Made by a program: the position numbers and the translations under genes. Of a DNA stretch of 64,000 bases, positions 36,301 to 49,500 are shown piece after piece. The notes beneath the pieces were generated by a model. The model saw only the letters and a program-made list of their open reading frames with translations, ran no database searches and was not told where the DNA came from. Source of the stretch: Eledone cirrhosa. Lineage: Eukaryota. Position 1 is the stretch's first letter. The number at the start of each line of letters is the position of its first letter. The stretch spans positions 95,604,001 through 95,668,000 of the forward strand of contig OZ024746.1 of NCBI GenBank assembly GCA_964016885.1. The letters run 5' to 3'.

Positions 36301-39300
36301 GGACACCATGCTAGGGTGGTGGATTGGCCGTATCGATAGAGAATTGGACTCCATGTTAGGGTGGTGGATTGGCAGTATCGGTAGAGGGTCGGACACCATG
36401 CTAGGGCGGTGGTTTGGCAGTATCAGTAGAGGGTCGGACAACATGCTTTGACGTAGAGAGTTATGGCCCTTGCCATTCTGAGTTCAAATCCCGCCGAGGT
36501 TAACTTTATCTTTCATCCTTACGGGGTCGATGAAATAAAGTACCAGTAATGTACTGCGATAATTGCTGGCCTTGTGCCAAAAGTAGAAACAACTATCGTA
36601 TCAAATGGCAGCAACATAACAAGTTTCTTACATTTTGAAGAATAACATATATTGTTGTCTTAACAAGTGCATGTATGCTTGCTTTTACAACATTAGATAC
36701 CTTCTTTAAAAGTTTTTATATTTATCTAAATATTTTCCCCCATAATTTTATCTATGAACCTTTGTTAAGTTAAGCTTCAAACATTAACTTAATAAAATGT
36801 TTTAGTTTGTTTGAAGCATTCATCATCATCATCATCATCATCATCATTTTACGTCGGCTTTCCCTGCTTGCAAGGGTTGGACAGGTCCTATTCATCACAG
36901 CATCTCTCCACTTGTCATGGTCCTTCGTCATCTCCTCTGTGAGTTTCAGCGATCTGAGGTCTGCTCTCACCACCTCCGCCCATGTTTAACATGGTCTACC
37001 TCTTCTGCGTCTTCCTTCTACTGGGATTTCTTGGCACTTCTTTACCCAGCGGTCATCCTCCATGCACATCACATGTCCATACCATCTCAGCCTTCTCTCC
37101 TGCACACCACAACTTATCCCTCTTATACCCAGTTTCTTTCTCAACTCGTCCATGCTTGGTCGTTCACGCACATTGATATTGCACATCCAACGGAGCATAC
37201 TTGCTTCATTTCTCTCCAGCCGTCGCATATCCTCTGCAGTTGCTGCCCACATCTCACTACCATGCAGCATCGCGCATCTCACACAGGCATCATATAACCG
37301 TCCTTTCGTACGCAGGGAGAAACCCTTCTTTGTCAACAAAGGAAGCAGCTCCCTAAACTTCTTCGAACCCGTCCTTATTCTAGATACTATGGCCTCGGAA
37401 CAGCCCCTCCCATGCTAATCTAATCACCTAGGTACCGGAAGCTATCAACCACTTCTATAGAACCCACCTGCATTGGAAAAATGTGTCTATCGCTGTGATT
37501 ACTACTGCCAACTTTCCCTGTACATCTACTGTATATAAATGTATAATGTCGAAAGTGAGATATGTAAGAAGGTTAAACAATGCAAAATGGAGTGTAAGAT
37601 GAAGGTAACGAAAAAGCCAGTTTCCTTTTAATGTTTTTTTTTTTTGTTTTTTCATTGTTTCTTTCATCCTAATGTTTCGGGATTTTAAATTCCCTTCGTC
37701 AGAGTATAAGGAACTCTCAGAGAAAAAAATGTTCCCGTCTATTTGCTTTGAAATTAGATTTATATTTAAAATTTATAAACCACTTTCAAGCATTGTTTGA
37801 TGTTTGCTTTAGTATTGACGAGAAGCAGGAATATGTCATCAATTGCCGTAATATCTCATGGATGGCGGTGAATTGGCAGGGTCGTTAGAACATTGGATTG
37901 AATGCTTTATGGGATTCATTCCGGTTCTCTGCTCTCTGAGTTCAAATCCCACCGAGGTCAACTTTGCCTTTCCTCTTTTCGAGGTCGATAAAAAAAAAGT
38001 ACCAGTCTAGTACTGGGGGTCGATTCTTCCTCTATATCTCTTTCTCATTTCCTCTCTCTCACTTTCTATCTTTCTCTGGAAGAAATCTGCTGGAGAGGGA
38101 TGGGTTCCGCCAAGCTTAACTAAGAAACGCTGTATGTCAATATGGCGCCCCACGACTCTATCAGGGCCATACATACAATATTGCATGGAATCAAGTTTTT
38201 TGTGTAAATTGTTGTTTTGTTTAGATTGCATGTGTGTACATGTGGGTGTGTCCTTCTATGTCAAGTATTATCTGCTGTGTGCACATGTGGGTATGTCCTT
38301 CTATGTCAAGTATTATCTGCTGTGTGTACATGTGGGTATGTTCTTCTATGTCAAGAATTATCTGCTGTGTGTACATGTGGGTATGTTCTTCTATGTCAAG
38401 TATTATCTGCTGTGTGTACATGTGGGTATGTCCTTCTATGTCAAGAATTATCTGCTGTGTGTACATGTGGGTATGTCCTTCTATGTCAAGTATTATCTGC
38501 TGTGTGTACATGTGGGTATGTCCTTCTATGTCAAGAATTATCTGCTGTGTGTACATGTGGGTATGTCCTTCTATGTCAAGTATTATCTGCTGTGTGTACA
38601 TGTGGGTATGTCCTTCTATGTCAAGAATTATCTGCTGTGTGTACATGTGGGTGTGTCCTTCTATGTCAAGAATTATCTGCTGTGTTTCATTCTTAATAAT
38701 GAAAAAGTTAGTTACATTACTAAATGCCTCCCAATTCTTGATTATTTTCAAAGTTATTTGAAAGTTATAGGCAGTGTATTTTATTTTAATTTCAATTGAC
38801 CTACACCGTCGGTATTCTTATTTGATATTTTTTTTAATGTATCAACAGGTTTTCTTGGAGAAGATTGTAAACCAGCCAGTATTGGTCAAGTTGGGCTCCT
38901 CAGTACCTCAGGGAAAAAAGTGACAATCAAAGCTAGTGAAGATCAAAGTAAGAATCAAGAATCTTGGAATATTTTTTTATCAAATCATCGTCATCATCCT
39001 TTTTACGTTTGCTTTTCCATGCTTGCATTGGTTGGATGGGTCCTTCTCAGCATGGCATCTCCCCACAGATTGCGATCCTTTGTCATCACCTCTGTGAATA
39101 TTTGTCTATAATATGTAGTTGGATGTGAATTAATTTTGATTAAAATAATGAAATAACCAAAAACTAGTGGTCCAAGACTTATATGTAATACATACGATGA
39201 AACACGTGTAAGTGTTACACAATGAAACCTATTCCCACTCATCTGGATTATGGTGTTTTTAAAATGTTTGTAAATTTCTATATACACTCCGTAAATTGTT

Positions 39301-42300
39301 ATGCTTGGAAGCTATATAACTACCACAGGATCTATCAATTGGAATAATTTGTATGTTGAGTAACACTACTGTAAGTGGTCTTTGATTCTTGTTGAACAAT
39401 CAATTTAATTGATTACACAAACGGAATTTGAATAATTCTCTCCCTTTCACATATTTACCTTTAACTATATGCATATTTATTCAATCAATTATTCCTCCTA
39501 CCCCCTTGGGATGCACTCGCTATATAACATGCAATATTAGTTTCATATTATAGTGATAGCTTGGATCCGATGTAGTATTGGATTGAATGTATGTATCTTA
39601 CCTGTGTTTACTGTGGTATAGCATTGGATTACATCCAATATGAATCTAAGACTGAGCAGCGCATGGATCCTAGGGACAGCTAGGAATGTGTATAGGTTTT
39701 CCTGTCTCATTGAGTCCTGCGTTGCTTCAGTTTTAATACTTTTCGACTTTATCATGAATAACTATGGATAACTAAGAATTATATGTCATACGTTACGGCA
39801 CCGACGGTGGGTGAGCACCCTCCTAACTGCACTAGAAACACCTGGGTCTGTCCACCCACCTTGAGTGCTTTGAAAAAATTAAATTTCCCTTTTCTTCAGT
39901 ATCCTGTAATACACGGAATGGTTAGTGGGCCTTCTGGCCCTGGGGTGTATTAGAGGGTCGTTATTTCAGCTGTTGTTGAACACCAAACCACACTCCTTAT
40001 GTAGTATAGTGTGGGACTATTTCACACCCCATAGCAATACAACATCGAACTACAAGAGAAACCCAAGACAGATAGGAACTTAGTTTAGCTTAATTAACAT
40101 TATGTTATTTGTTTATTGGGTCTCAGCTTTACACAACTCTAGAATCATTAACATAACTGGTATATCATCATCATCATTATTTTTACGTCCGCTTTTCCCT
40201 GCTTGCAAGGGCGGGACGGGAACTGATTCTGGCTTGATTTCTACAGCTGGATGCCCTTCCTAACACCAACCTCATTTACAGTGAGTGCTGGGTGCTTTTT
40301 TGCCGTGGCACCTCCACAACCACTTTACAGTCTGGGTTGGGTGCTTTTTTTTCATGGCACCTCCACGACCACTTTACAGTGTGGGCTGGGTGCTTTTTTG
40401 CCGTGGCACCTCCCCGACCACTTTGCAGTGGAATGATAGGGACCCCAGTCCTATCATCTCATTTCTACTGCTGAGTAAACTGGAGCAATGTAAAATAAAG
40501 TGTCTTGTTCAAAGAAACAACACATCACCCAGTCTGAGAATTGAACTCACAAGCTTTCGATTGCAAGCCCAATGCTCTAACCACTAAGCCATGTGCCTCC
40601 ATATGTAATTGGTAATTGCCTAGTATACGGTACTTCACTGGCCAACTGTACAGACTCTACTGTTTACAGGTGGGAAACATGGCTTTGTTGACGCTTCCTG
40701 GACTGCTTGCAAATAATAAAAATTTCTCCATTTTCAATATGAGATTAGACTCGGAAGGGTTGATAGGTCTCAGGGCCCACGGTGACTATCTGGCCATTAT
40801 CCCAGTTGGTACTGTACCGCACTCTTTTCCTCGCATTACTAACACACTGATTATGACTATCAAAGGTTTATATTAATACACCAACACTTTATACCTCTCC
40901 TTATTATTTAATAACATTTTTAAACATTCAATTTTAATCCCCAATTTTAATATTTAATTTTAATTCTTGAAATTAACCTTAACTTTAACTTAACAATTTT
41001 AATCTTAAAGTTCTGAATATTTTCAACTTGATATGTACCTAAATTCACCCCGTCCATTTCTGTTGAAGTTTACAGACCTTAGCTTGACTCAATATTCTCT
41101 GTAACCCGATATTCTTCACCCTTTCACTTCTTTATAGCTTGTGTGGGAATACCTTGAATGGGAGGTAGTAGCAACTCACTGAATAAGCAGTACAAACAAC
41201 CCCTACCCACTACAAACTAACAAGACAAATTTAATGAGATTTGTCACTCAGAGACAGTGAGCCAAAATAATAGGCTACCATGATGTCTCTGAGTCAAAAA
41301 CAAAAACACTTTTTTCTTCTTTATTTTTTCGTTGCTTTTTCCCTTTAAAACCTCTTTGAATGTGTTTACCATCATTCCTTTGGTATACAACTATTATGCA
41401 ATATACACCTGAAGATGTCACCTGATTCTTATGCAACCTGGCCACTGAAATGTGCCGAGTGTCTGCAGAAATAAATAATTAAGGGAATTCAACCTGCCTG
41501 GCCTCCTGTCATTTTACTTTATAATATATTTACTCCATTCCCACACTACCAGCAGGATTCAACATCAAAGATGGATGAGTTGCGTAACGTTGAGTGCTTT
41601 CCTACCTTTACATCATGATTAACATTGCAGTATGACCAATTGTATCCAGTGGTGAATTACCAAATTTAAACGTGTATATATGTATATATATATTACACAC
41701 TGGACCGAGATCTTTGGCTCTTCAGTTATACAGAAGACCCACCTTGCCTAAGTACAAAGCGAAACCTACAGTCAGTAGGCACCTCTTAACCAAAAATACA
41801 CCCACATATCACTACCCCTACCCCCACCCCTTTCTCTGTAAAGTTATGTTGGTACCACAACATCCAGTCCTAAATAAATGAGGTCGTGTAGGTGTCACAA
41901 CAAAATAAACACACAGTCCACGCTGTAATGTGGCCGTGTAGGTAACACGGTAAGAAACCTCCCAGTCCACACTGTAAACGTGGTTAGTGTTAGGAAGGGC
42001 ATCCAGCCGTAGAAAACCTGCCAGACAGTCCCATACAAGCGAGATACGGTCTCCTGACCAATCTTGCCTCAAGTGGGACAATTCCTGTCTAAAGCCATGC
42101 TAGCATGGAAGATAGACGTTAAACGATGATGATGATGATGATAGAACCCATACATAAATCATGTATTTAATACTGATTACTAAAACTTTAAGGGCATATA
42201 TTTTACACCTGGCTATGGGCATACTACCAGCTTTACCTGGGCCTAGGAGGGTGAGTAATGTGCTTAAGTAAAAGAAAAAAACAAACAAATATGGAATATA

Positions 42301-45300
42301 AAAAGTATGTGTGGTCACTGCAACCTGTTTGGTTTCAGACCATGATAATCTGTCTAACCCATGCCAATGGGGAAAGAGGATGTAAAATGATGTTGATGAT
42401 GAGGAGGAAGATGGTGATATGCTTGCTCTAAGAGAATGAAGATTCTAGATTAGTTAGTCTTTTGTTGAATGTTGCATTTGATATGATGCTGAAAATAGTG
42501 AAATTGTTAGCAGTATGCTTCAACAGAAATGAGATTCTTAAGATTTAGTGTTGTGATAAGACATGTTTTACAGTTAGAGATGAAAATCTGTTGCATACAA
42601 GTTATAATTATAGATTGGGTGTAAATGTATGTTGGCAAATTACACCCTAGAACTAGACTTTACTGCCAGAAGATGTGACATCCTTCATCTTTATTTAGAA
42701 GACTAGGATGTTTTTCAACACGCTGACGCGTATGTGTATATGTGTGTGCATGTGTGTATGTGCATATGCATACATTTATATGTATGAGTATATAAATATA
42801 AATGTATAAACACAGACACACTTACAAAAATATACACACACACATACATTCACATAAACACATACACAGCTTAACAATTGGAACGCCAGCCGCTATTTTG
42901 CTATAGTTTTTTCACCCTCCCCTTCCTTCTTTTTACACACACATACATTCAGACAGGCGACAGATGTAAAGAGAGGGGAGTAGTATGAGGTAGTCAAACT
43001 ACTCCTCTCTCTTTACGTGTTGTGACAGAATCACAGAAATTTATATATAGATAATATAGTATTTCATTTCAGTTGGCAATAGATTCAAAGAAAAGTTATA
43101 TTTTTATACTTGACCAAAACATTAAGTGAAGTGGTAGAATCATTAAAGCATTAGACAAAATATATTAATTTGCAGTATTTGGTACTGCAACTGACCATCT
43201 ATCATTCCAAGGAGAGAGGGGGATAAAATAAAGCACCAGTCAAGAATTGGTGTCAGTTTAATCACAACTACACCCCATCCAAATTGGTAGCCTTGTGACA
43301 AAGTTAGAAATAGTTATGGTAAATTGAATGATGTGCTTAATCTGAGGACACAGTACGGTGTCTGTGTCAGAGACGAGGACTCTCTGGAATATTAAACTAT
43401 CACAACAGACTATCTGAGCTATTCAGTCAATACACCAGACTCAATGAGCTCTCATATTTTATGATTTATGAACTATCATAACAGACATTATGATTTAGAG
43501 TGCCATTATAGCAAACCACGAGTTTAGAATCCACAAAAGAAGCCGTCATGCTGTATAAATCTCTAAAACTTCATTCTAGAATCATGTAGGTACCAAAATA
43601 TTATTTAACCCTCTAGCATTTACATTATTCTATATATGCTGTTGTATTTACACAGTAAAAGGCTTTACCTCACACAATTATCTCACATATCGAATCTATG
43701 AGATTTTGATATTATTTATTTTGAGAACAATACCTTAACATTGGTATAAGTGGCTGGTTACAGCAAGTTTGAACAGAAAGAGGCAAGAGAATTCTGGCTG
43801 GATATGGCCAGTTTAAATGCTAAAGGTTTAATGATTTCATTTAATTTTCTGTCATCATCCATCTTTTTTCCATGCTGGCATGGGTTGGATAAGTCATCAT
43901 GGTCACAGGCAAGACATCTTGCTCATACCATGACTATGTCTAGCTTATACATTCCAATTTTGGCTGGTTGCCCTTCCTAATACCAGCCAATTTACAGCAT
44001 CGATGGGGAGATATTTTGTGGCACCAGCACTAACACCTTACAGGCAAGGCCGGATTTAGACCTTGGGGGGCCTGGGCACTTCAGGTTTGGGGGGACTCCC
44101 CCTCATACAAAAAAACATTAGTATACACAGCAATCCCTCCAATTTTACATATCAAAGTTAGCTTGGTGTAAGTAATTGGAATTGAAAATTTATACATACA
44201 GGTGTTAAATTCAAAACCTCTAACCATCCTAAATCTAAAAAACCCAGCTGAGGGCACAAATAGTTTACTATGGCTGTCACTGGTAGGGCCTTCCACTGCA
44301 GGGCAATCCCCCCCCCCCCCCATTAAATATGGCCCTATTTTCAAGGTAAACCGGGTGCTTTTCTGTCATTACATCTGTAGGGCCATCTTACAGAGTGCGC
44401 TGGGTGCTTTTCTGTCATGGCACCAGAAGAAAAAAAATCTTAAAGGGTGGACTGGGTGTTTTTTTATCATGACAATAATATGATTATCCTATGGATTGGA
44501 CTGGGTGCTTCATTTGTCATGGCACCGGTATCACTATCTTACAGATAAGTAAATAAATTAATTTAATTAAAAGCCTGTTTAATATGCTTTTATGGTAAAT
44601 TGTATAAAATTGTTTACACAATCTACTGAAATTTTCCATATTTGATACAATTCTAATGACAATGTTATATGTTTTCTTTCCTCCCAAGGCTGTAATGCTT
44701 TACTCATTGCTGGTGAACCCATCATGGAGCCTGTTGTAGGTTATGGTCCTTTTGTCATGAATACAGAAGCAGAAATACAACAGGTAACCTTCATTACATA
44801 CACTAACGTATAGTTATGACTGGTAACATAAACTAATGTATAGCTATGACTGGTTTAATACACTAATGTATAGCTATGACTGGTTTAATACACTAAAGTA
44901 TAGCTATGACTAATTTAATACACTAAAGTATAGCTATGACAAATAACATACACTAAAGTATAGCTATGACTAATTTAATACACTAAAGTATAGCTATGAC
45001 TAATTTAATACACTAAAGTATAGCTATGACTAATTTAATACACTAAAGTATAGCTATGACTAATTTAATACACTAAAGTATAGCTATGACTAATTTAATA
45101 CACTAAAGTATAGCTATGACTGGTTTAATACACTAAAGTATAGCTATGACTAATTTAATACACTAAAGTATAGCTATGACTAATTTAATACACTAAAGTA
45201 TAGCTATGACTAATTTAATACACTAAAGTATAGCTATGACTAATTTAATACACTAAAGTATAGCTATGACTAATTTAATACACTAAAGTATAGCTATGAC

Positions 45301-45744
45301 TAATTCAATACACTAAAGTATAGCTATGACTAATTCAATACACTAAAGTATAGCTATGACTAATTTAATACACTAAAGTATAGCTATGACTAATTTAATA
45401 CACTAAAGTATAGCTATGACTAATTTAATACACTAAAGTATAGCTATAAACATAAATTAAGAAACCCACTTTGAGATATTTTCTGCTAAATCATTTCAGG
45501 ATGTTAAGAGTTAATACTGCAAATTTTTACAATGATCTGTCATGGAGTAAAGCTACTATAAACATATAAATTAACAAACCTGCTAAATCTAAAAATATAA
45601 ACTGATTTCATTTTCTGTTTACAGGCGATTTTAGATTACCAAAATGGTGTATTAGGTTCCATTCCAGGAGAAGCTGAACGAATGCATAAGACTAAACTTG
45701 CTCAAGCATTGCAAAAGAAAAACAACACATGGGAAGACAGATAA
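30508..45744 (+). CDS. PIR: Pirin-family (bicupin, metal-binding) gene, 8 coding exons, 313 aa: join(30508..30637,32159..32281,33183..33319,33838..33946,34669..34797,38849..38947,44689..44783,45625..45744)
   Basis: Manual splicing gives an uninterrupted 942-nt ORF with GT-AG introns and matching phases (1,1,0,1,1,1,0). The protein has the pirin motifs [64 protein letters not shown] and QAILDYQNG. The His-x-His and His-x-Glu metal ligands are intact. Confidence 0.95.
31515..31990 (-). mobile_element. RTE-clade LINE 3' fragment (same family as 16040-16750)
   Basis: Reverse-complement similarity to 16350-16750. Confidence 0.7.
32159..32281 (+). CDS. PIR: Pirin coding exon 2 ([41 protein letters not shown])
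   Basis: TAG acceptor, GTGACC donor; contains the HPHRG cupin motif. Confidence 0.95.
33183..33319 (+). CDS. PIR: Pirin coding exon 3 ([46 protein letters not shown])
   Basis: AAG acceptor, GTAGGA donor; lies within ORF 33176..33400; HAE ligands present. Confidence 0.95.
33838..33946 (+). CDS. PIR: Pirin coding exon 4 ([36 protein letters not shown])
   Basis: TTTGCAG acceptor, GTAAAA donor; KM..PQY motif. Confidence 0.93.
34669..34797 (+). CDS. PIR: Pirin coding exon 5 ([43 protein letters not shown])
   Basis: TTTGCAG acceptor, GTAAGT donor; TR.PT..LD..L.PG and FIYV motifs. Confidence 0.93.
35628..35670 (-). ncRNA. Minimal type I hammerhead ribozyme (slightly decayed)
   Basis: gtcc-CTGAAGA-[ggtcacaaaatgtgcaat]-GAAA-gagc-TT-agac; same family as 22338. 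Confidence 0.55.
35774..36445 (+). repeat. 45-bp tandem array (about 15 copies) of the SINE A 5' head
   Basis: Unit GGGTGGTGGATTGGCAGTATCGGTAGAGGGTCGGACACCATGCTA, running directly into a SINE body at 36445-36590. Confidence 0.92.
36820..37455 (-). mobile_element. RTE-clade LINE 3' end with (GAT)n tail
   Basis: ORF 36986..37339 [20 protein letters not shown]...MLRWMC...RRLRWYGHV...GRRRRGRP is a typical RTE C-terminus. A related copy lies at 53810-54095 (+). Confidence 0.85.
38231..38685. repeat. 45-bp minisatellite, about 10 copies
   Basis: Unit TGTGTACATGTGGGTATGTCCTTCTATGTCAAG(T/A)ATTATCTGCTG. Confidence 0.92.
38849..38947 (+). CDS. PIR: Pirin coding exon 6 ([33 protein letters not shown])
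   Basis: CAG acceptor, GTAAGA donor; phase 1 at both ends, bridging exons 5 and 7 in frame. Confidence 0.85.
41406..41670 (+). mobile_element. Penelope-like terminal repeat with decayed hammerhead
   Basis: acac-CTGAAGA...GAAAtgtgccgagtgt looks CpG-decayed. The downstream 41480-41670 segment is homologous to 57790-57982. Confidence 0.5.
44689..44783 (+). CDS. PIR: Pirin coding exon 7 ([32 protein letters not shown])
   Basis: Pyrimidine tract plus AAG acceptor, GTAACC donor; Pirin_C signature GPFVMN. Confidence 0.95.
44797..45447. repeat. 30-bp minisatellite, about 22 copies, in pirin intron 7
   Basis: Unit CACTAAAGTATAGCTATGACTAATTTAATA. Confidence 0.95.
45625..45744 (+). CDS. PIR: Pirin coding exon 8 ([39 protein letters not shown])
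   Basis: TTTACAG acceptor; AI.DYQNG motif; TAA at 45742-45744. Candidate poly(A) signal AATAAA at 47163. Confidence 0.92.
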   Translation, partial: AILDYQNGVLGSIPGEAERMHKTKLAQALQKKNNTWEDR

Positions 45745-46328
45745 TATCTTAAAATTCTACCTCAGTAGCCTTGACATTATATCTTTCTCTCTTTAATATT
45801 ACAATCCTACAAAGGTGGTGGTTTGACAGAATTAGTAGAAGGTTGGATAAGAAGCCACTGTGTGGTATTTGTTCTGGCTCTTTACATTCTGAGTTTAAAT
45901 CTCACTGAGGTGAACTTTGCCTTTCATCCTTCCTAGGTCGATAAAATAAAGTACTAGTCAAGTACTGGGGTTGATTTAATCAACTTTGCCCTTCACCCAA
46001 ATTTGCTGGCCTTGTGTCTAACTTAGAAATCAATATTACAATGTTGTTGTATAAAAAAAATACTTCAAATTTCAAAATGCTGTCTATGGAAAGGTTTTTG
46101 TCATTTCTGTTAAAACCTCTGATTCAACAGAAGCCATTCTTACTAGAGGTGTACAGTGATACTTTACTCAGCATACCTTTATTGAAGGTGAACATATTGG
46201 CAGTGTGGTACAGAAAGCCAGGACTATAACAAGATTTCTCCATAGACATTCCCAATAATTAAATTTTGAAGTAGAAAAAAAAAAGCCAAAATAAAAGTAA
46301 TCTATTTTTATTATTTATATGGTAACAT

Positions 46329-46907
46329 GCCGAGGTAAACTTTGCCTTTCATCCTTATGGGGTTGATAAAATAAAGCACCAGTAATGCACTGGGGTCGAT
46401 TTAATTGACTTTCCCCTCTCCCCAAATTGTTGGCTTTGTGCCTATATCAGAAACGATTATTTCTATGGTAACATATAAAAGGGAGGTGATCAGCATTATC
46501 ATTAGAGACACCATGCTTTGCAGCATAGAGTGACCTCCTTTTAAATTCTGAGTTCAAATCCCACTGAGGTTAACTTTGCCTTTCATTCTTACAAGGTCAA
46601 TAAAATAAAGTACCAGTAATGCACTGGAGTCAATTTAATCGACTTTTCCCTTCCCCCAATTTGTTGGCCTTGTGCCTAAATCAGAAATCATTATTTCTAT
46701 GGTAAGGGCGGTGGATTGGCAGTATCGGTAGAGGGTCGGACGCCATGCTTTCCAGCATAGTTACGTCCCTTTACGATCTGAGTTCAAATCCCGCCGAGGT
46801 TGACTTTGCCTTTCATCCTTACGGGGTCGATAAAATAAAGTACCAGTAATGCACTGGGTAATTGCTGGCCTTGTGCCTAAATCAGAAATCATTATTTCTA
46901 TGGTAAC
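46329..46907 (+). mobile_element. Three tandem SINE A copies in the putative pirin 3' UTR
   Basis: Each unit ends CAGAAA..ATTATTTCTATGGTAA; the last is full length with its tRNA head. Confidence 0.8.
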
Positions 46908-47324
46908 AGGTATATATGTTGCTATTAAAATGACTGTTTTAATCATATTCTTTAGAGGAATTTCTGTATAGTTACATGATCTGAAATGTTATGTAGAATC
47001 TGAAAGGATTTTTCTGTGTTGTGAGACTGAAGTATTTAATTTTCTGTGAGAAAATGTAAAAGTCATAGACTAAAGATTGAATGCAATGATGTTTATTTAT
47101 TATTTTAAGAATGATATTATTTATGTTCATTTTTCTAAAAAACAACAAATTTCTTGATAAAAAATAAATGTTTGAAAGAATGATCTCCCTTAGATATATA
47201 CCAATTATGACACGGAGCTCTACTTGCCATTTAAAGTTAACGAAACAGCATTTACACCAGAAGTGTTACATACAAATGTAGAAACAGACTAACTTAGTGC
47301 TTCTGTAAAGTGGTAGTATTATCT

Positions 47325-47593
47325 TAACCCATTTTGTTACCATATTTCTAATGAGAGACACTGCCTATAATTTTCAAATAATTTTGAAAATAATTAAGAA
47401 TTTGGAAGAATTTTGTAATAAGGAAACTGATTTTCTCATTATAAAGCTGGTGTTTGAAATATAACTTAATAAAGAGTTTTGCATAAAAGTGTGATGGAAA
47501 GTTTGAAGATAATATATAAATGCTTTAAAACAATCAGTTTTGTATTATAGAACCAAGGTCAGTTTCAGGCAGTTTGGTATCAAAAAGGATTAA
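47325..47593. mobile_element. Second TTAA-flanked piggyBac-like MITE family
   Basis: TTAACCCATTTTGTTACC...GGTATCAAAAAGGATTAA; related segments at about 22950-23142, 34290-34592, 50129-50620 and 51650-52257. Confidence 0.6.
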
Positions 47594-48079
47594 ATAAAAG
47601 ATGAAAACAAAACGTAAAATTTATTGCTTTAGATGTATTTGCTTAAAATTTGGAAAACTAATATTACTGCATAAAGAGTTACCAAATCTTCCACTCTAAA
47701 CTACATGTATCTAGAGTTAATTTGTAGCACAGCCCCTGTCCTTGTTTTTGTTCTTCTTCGCCCACTTATTTCTGGGACTATTGTGTGGCTAGAGTCCTCA
47801 AGCACTCCTTCCAGCAGGTCCTGTCAGAAGCCACCATTTCCAATTGATCAGGCTTTAGAAATCAAAATGGGGCATGGGTCAAAAAGATGAAGAAACACTA
47901 ATTTAGACTAAATGTTTTTATAAATAGACAATAAAATCCAAACTTTGATGGTTCAAATTTTAAAAGTATAACCTTATATTATTCTTCTACAGTTATTTAA
48001 CATAATTGAATATAAGCATTGTGGGTTTTTTTCTCTTCCAATTTTTCTATTAATTTTTCCCATTATAAAGTATAATCAA

Positions 48080-48120
<41 letters not shown>

Positions 48121-48997
48121 TGAAAATTATTGTGTACAGTGTTCAGGTGCACTACAACTCATCAAGGTGCATATATATAGTACATAGAAGAGTGTACAAA
48201 GGTCATGATATACACACAGATACATGCGTGCATGTATATGGAGCGAGTAATCAATGTCTTCAGATATTAATCTCTTGTTTGAGGTGTATATGAGGGTGGT
48301 AAATTGTCAGTTGTGAGAACATCAGATTAGATGCCATGGTATTTGTTTCAGCTCTTTACACTCTTAGTTCAAAGCCAACTTCACTTTTCATCCTTTCGGG
48401 GTTGTTAAATAGAATACTTGTACCTAGTTGGTGGTGGATTGGTGGAGTGTGATGGGATGCTTTGCAGTGTCTGTTCTGGATTTGTGTACTCTGGGTTCAA
48501 ATCCTGCCTCTTATCATCAGAAAAGTGGTGACACTTTTGGCAGGAGTTGAAACAGATGGATAAAATCAGCAATGGAAGGACCAATGGAAACATAGTTTCC
48601 TTGGTAAAATTTGACACTCAACTCCTTTCCATTTTCTGTTTTCTATATGTCATATCTACCCCACTAATCCAATCTATTGTGCTTAACCCATTTACATTAC
48701 TCTATATTTACTATTGTATTTTCCCAGTAAAGGTTTTATCTCACATAAATTCGAATCTATGAGATTTTGATATTATTTATTTTGAGAACAATACCTTAAC
48801 ATCAGTATGAATGACTGGTTACAGCTGGTTTGAACAGAAAGAGATGAGAGAGTTCTAGCTGGATATGGCTGGCTTAAATGCTAAAGGTTAAAGTCTAGAT
48901 GGAGACTGTATCTCATATTTCTCTCATTGTCTATAATGGCTGTAGGTTTGTCCCTTCCATTTACGGTGCTATTTATCCATTCCTTTCTTTAGCTATT

Positions 48998-49500
48998 ACT
49001 AGTAGAATGGCTCGGCATTGCTCGGGATTCTAAACATAGATTGGCATGTTTATCCCTCCTTTCTGAAACAGTTTTGTCGTATGTTCACCAATTGATGCAG
49101 AAGTCCTAATAAAAAGGGAAGTTGCTTTGGGTGAATAGGCAAATAATTTTCCATTAAGATTTTTTAAAAGCATATAATTGCATTTCCTCTCTTATGTTGA
49201 TGTAGCATCAGCGGTTCGGCGAATGGTTCATTGGTTGTATGTTTCAAGTGTTCTTCTGGTGACAGTACGTTCAGCATCTTGCGACCGTCGAATAGCAGAT
49301 TCCACTGACGATTCGTTTGCCCGCCTTGTTCTTTTTCTTACCGCTTTTGCAGTATTTCGGCCAATGGAGTATCTCTTCCTTCGAGGCATGACCTAAAAGC
49401 AGGATGAAGTACACTAAGACTAACTGGTAGAGTAAGGAGTAAACTCGTCAGTGATGCATGTGATTTCTGAACCGTTGACTATGTAATCGCTGGCCTTGTT
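48998..49500 (-). mobile_element. Helitron remnant
   Basis: Minus-strand 3' end CCCGAGCAATGCCGAGCCATTCTACTAGT (imperfect hairpin plus CTAG), and a broken ORF starting at 49390, MPRRKRYSIGRNTAKAVRKRTRRANES, like the basic N-terminus of animal Helitron Rep/helicase ORFs. Confidence 0.55.

Noticed and set aside
35770-36451. Pro/His-rich 224-aa ORF ([14 protein letters not shown])n
   Set aside because: It is a translation of the tandem SINE-head array, not a gene.
38134-38799. Cys-rich repetitive ORFs in four frames (metallothionein-like look)
   Set aside because: These are the product of a stop-poor 45-bp minisatellite inside pirin intron 5.
44797-45447. CRISPR-like regular arrays (also 17450, 54224 and 63608)
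   Set aside because: The units are contiguous with no unique spacers, there are no cas genes, and the context is eukaryotic.
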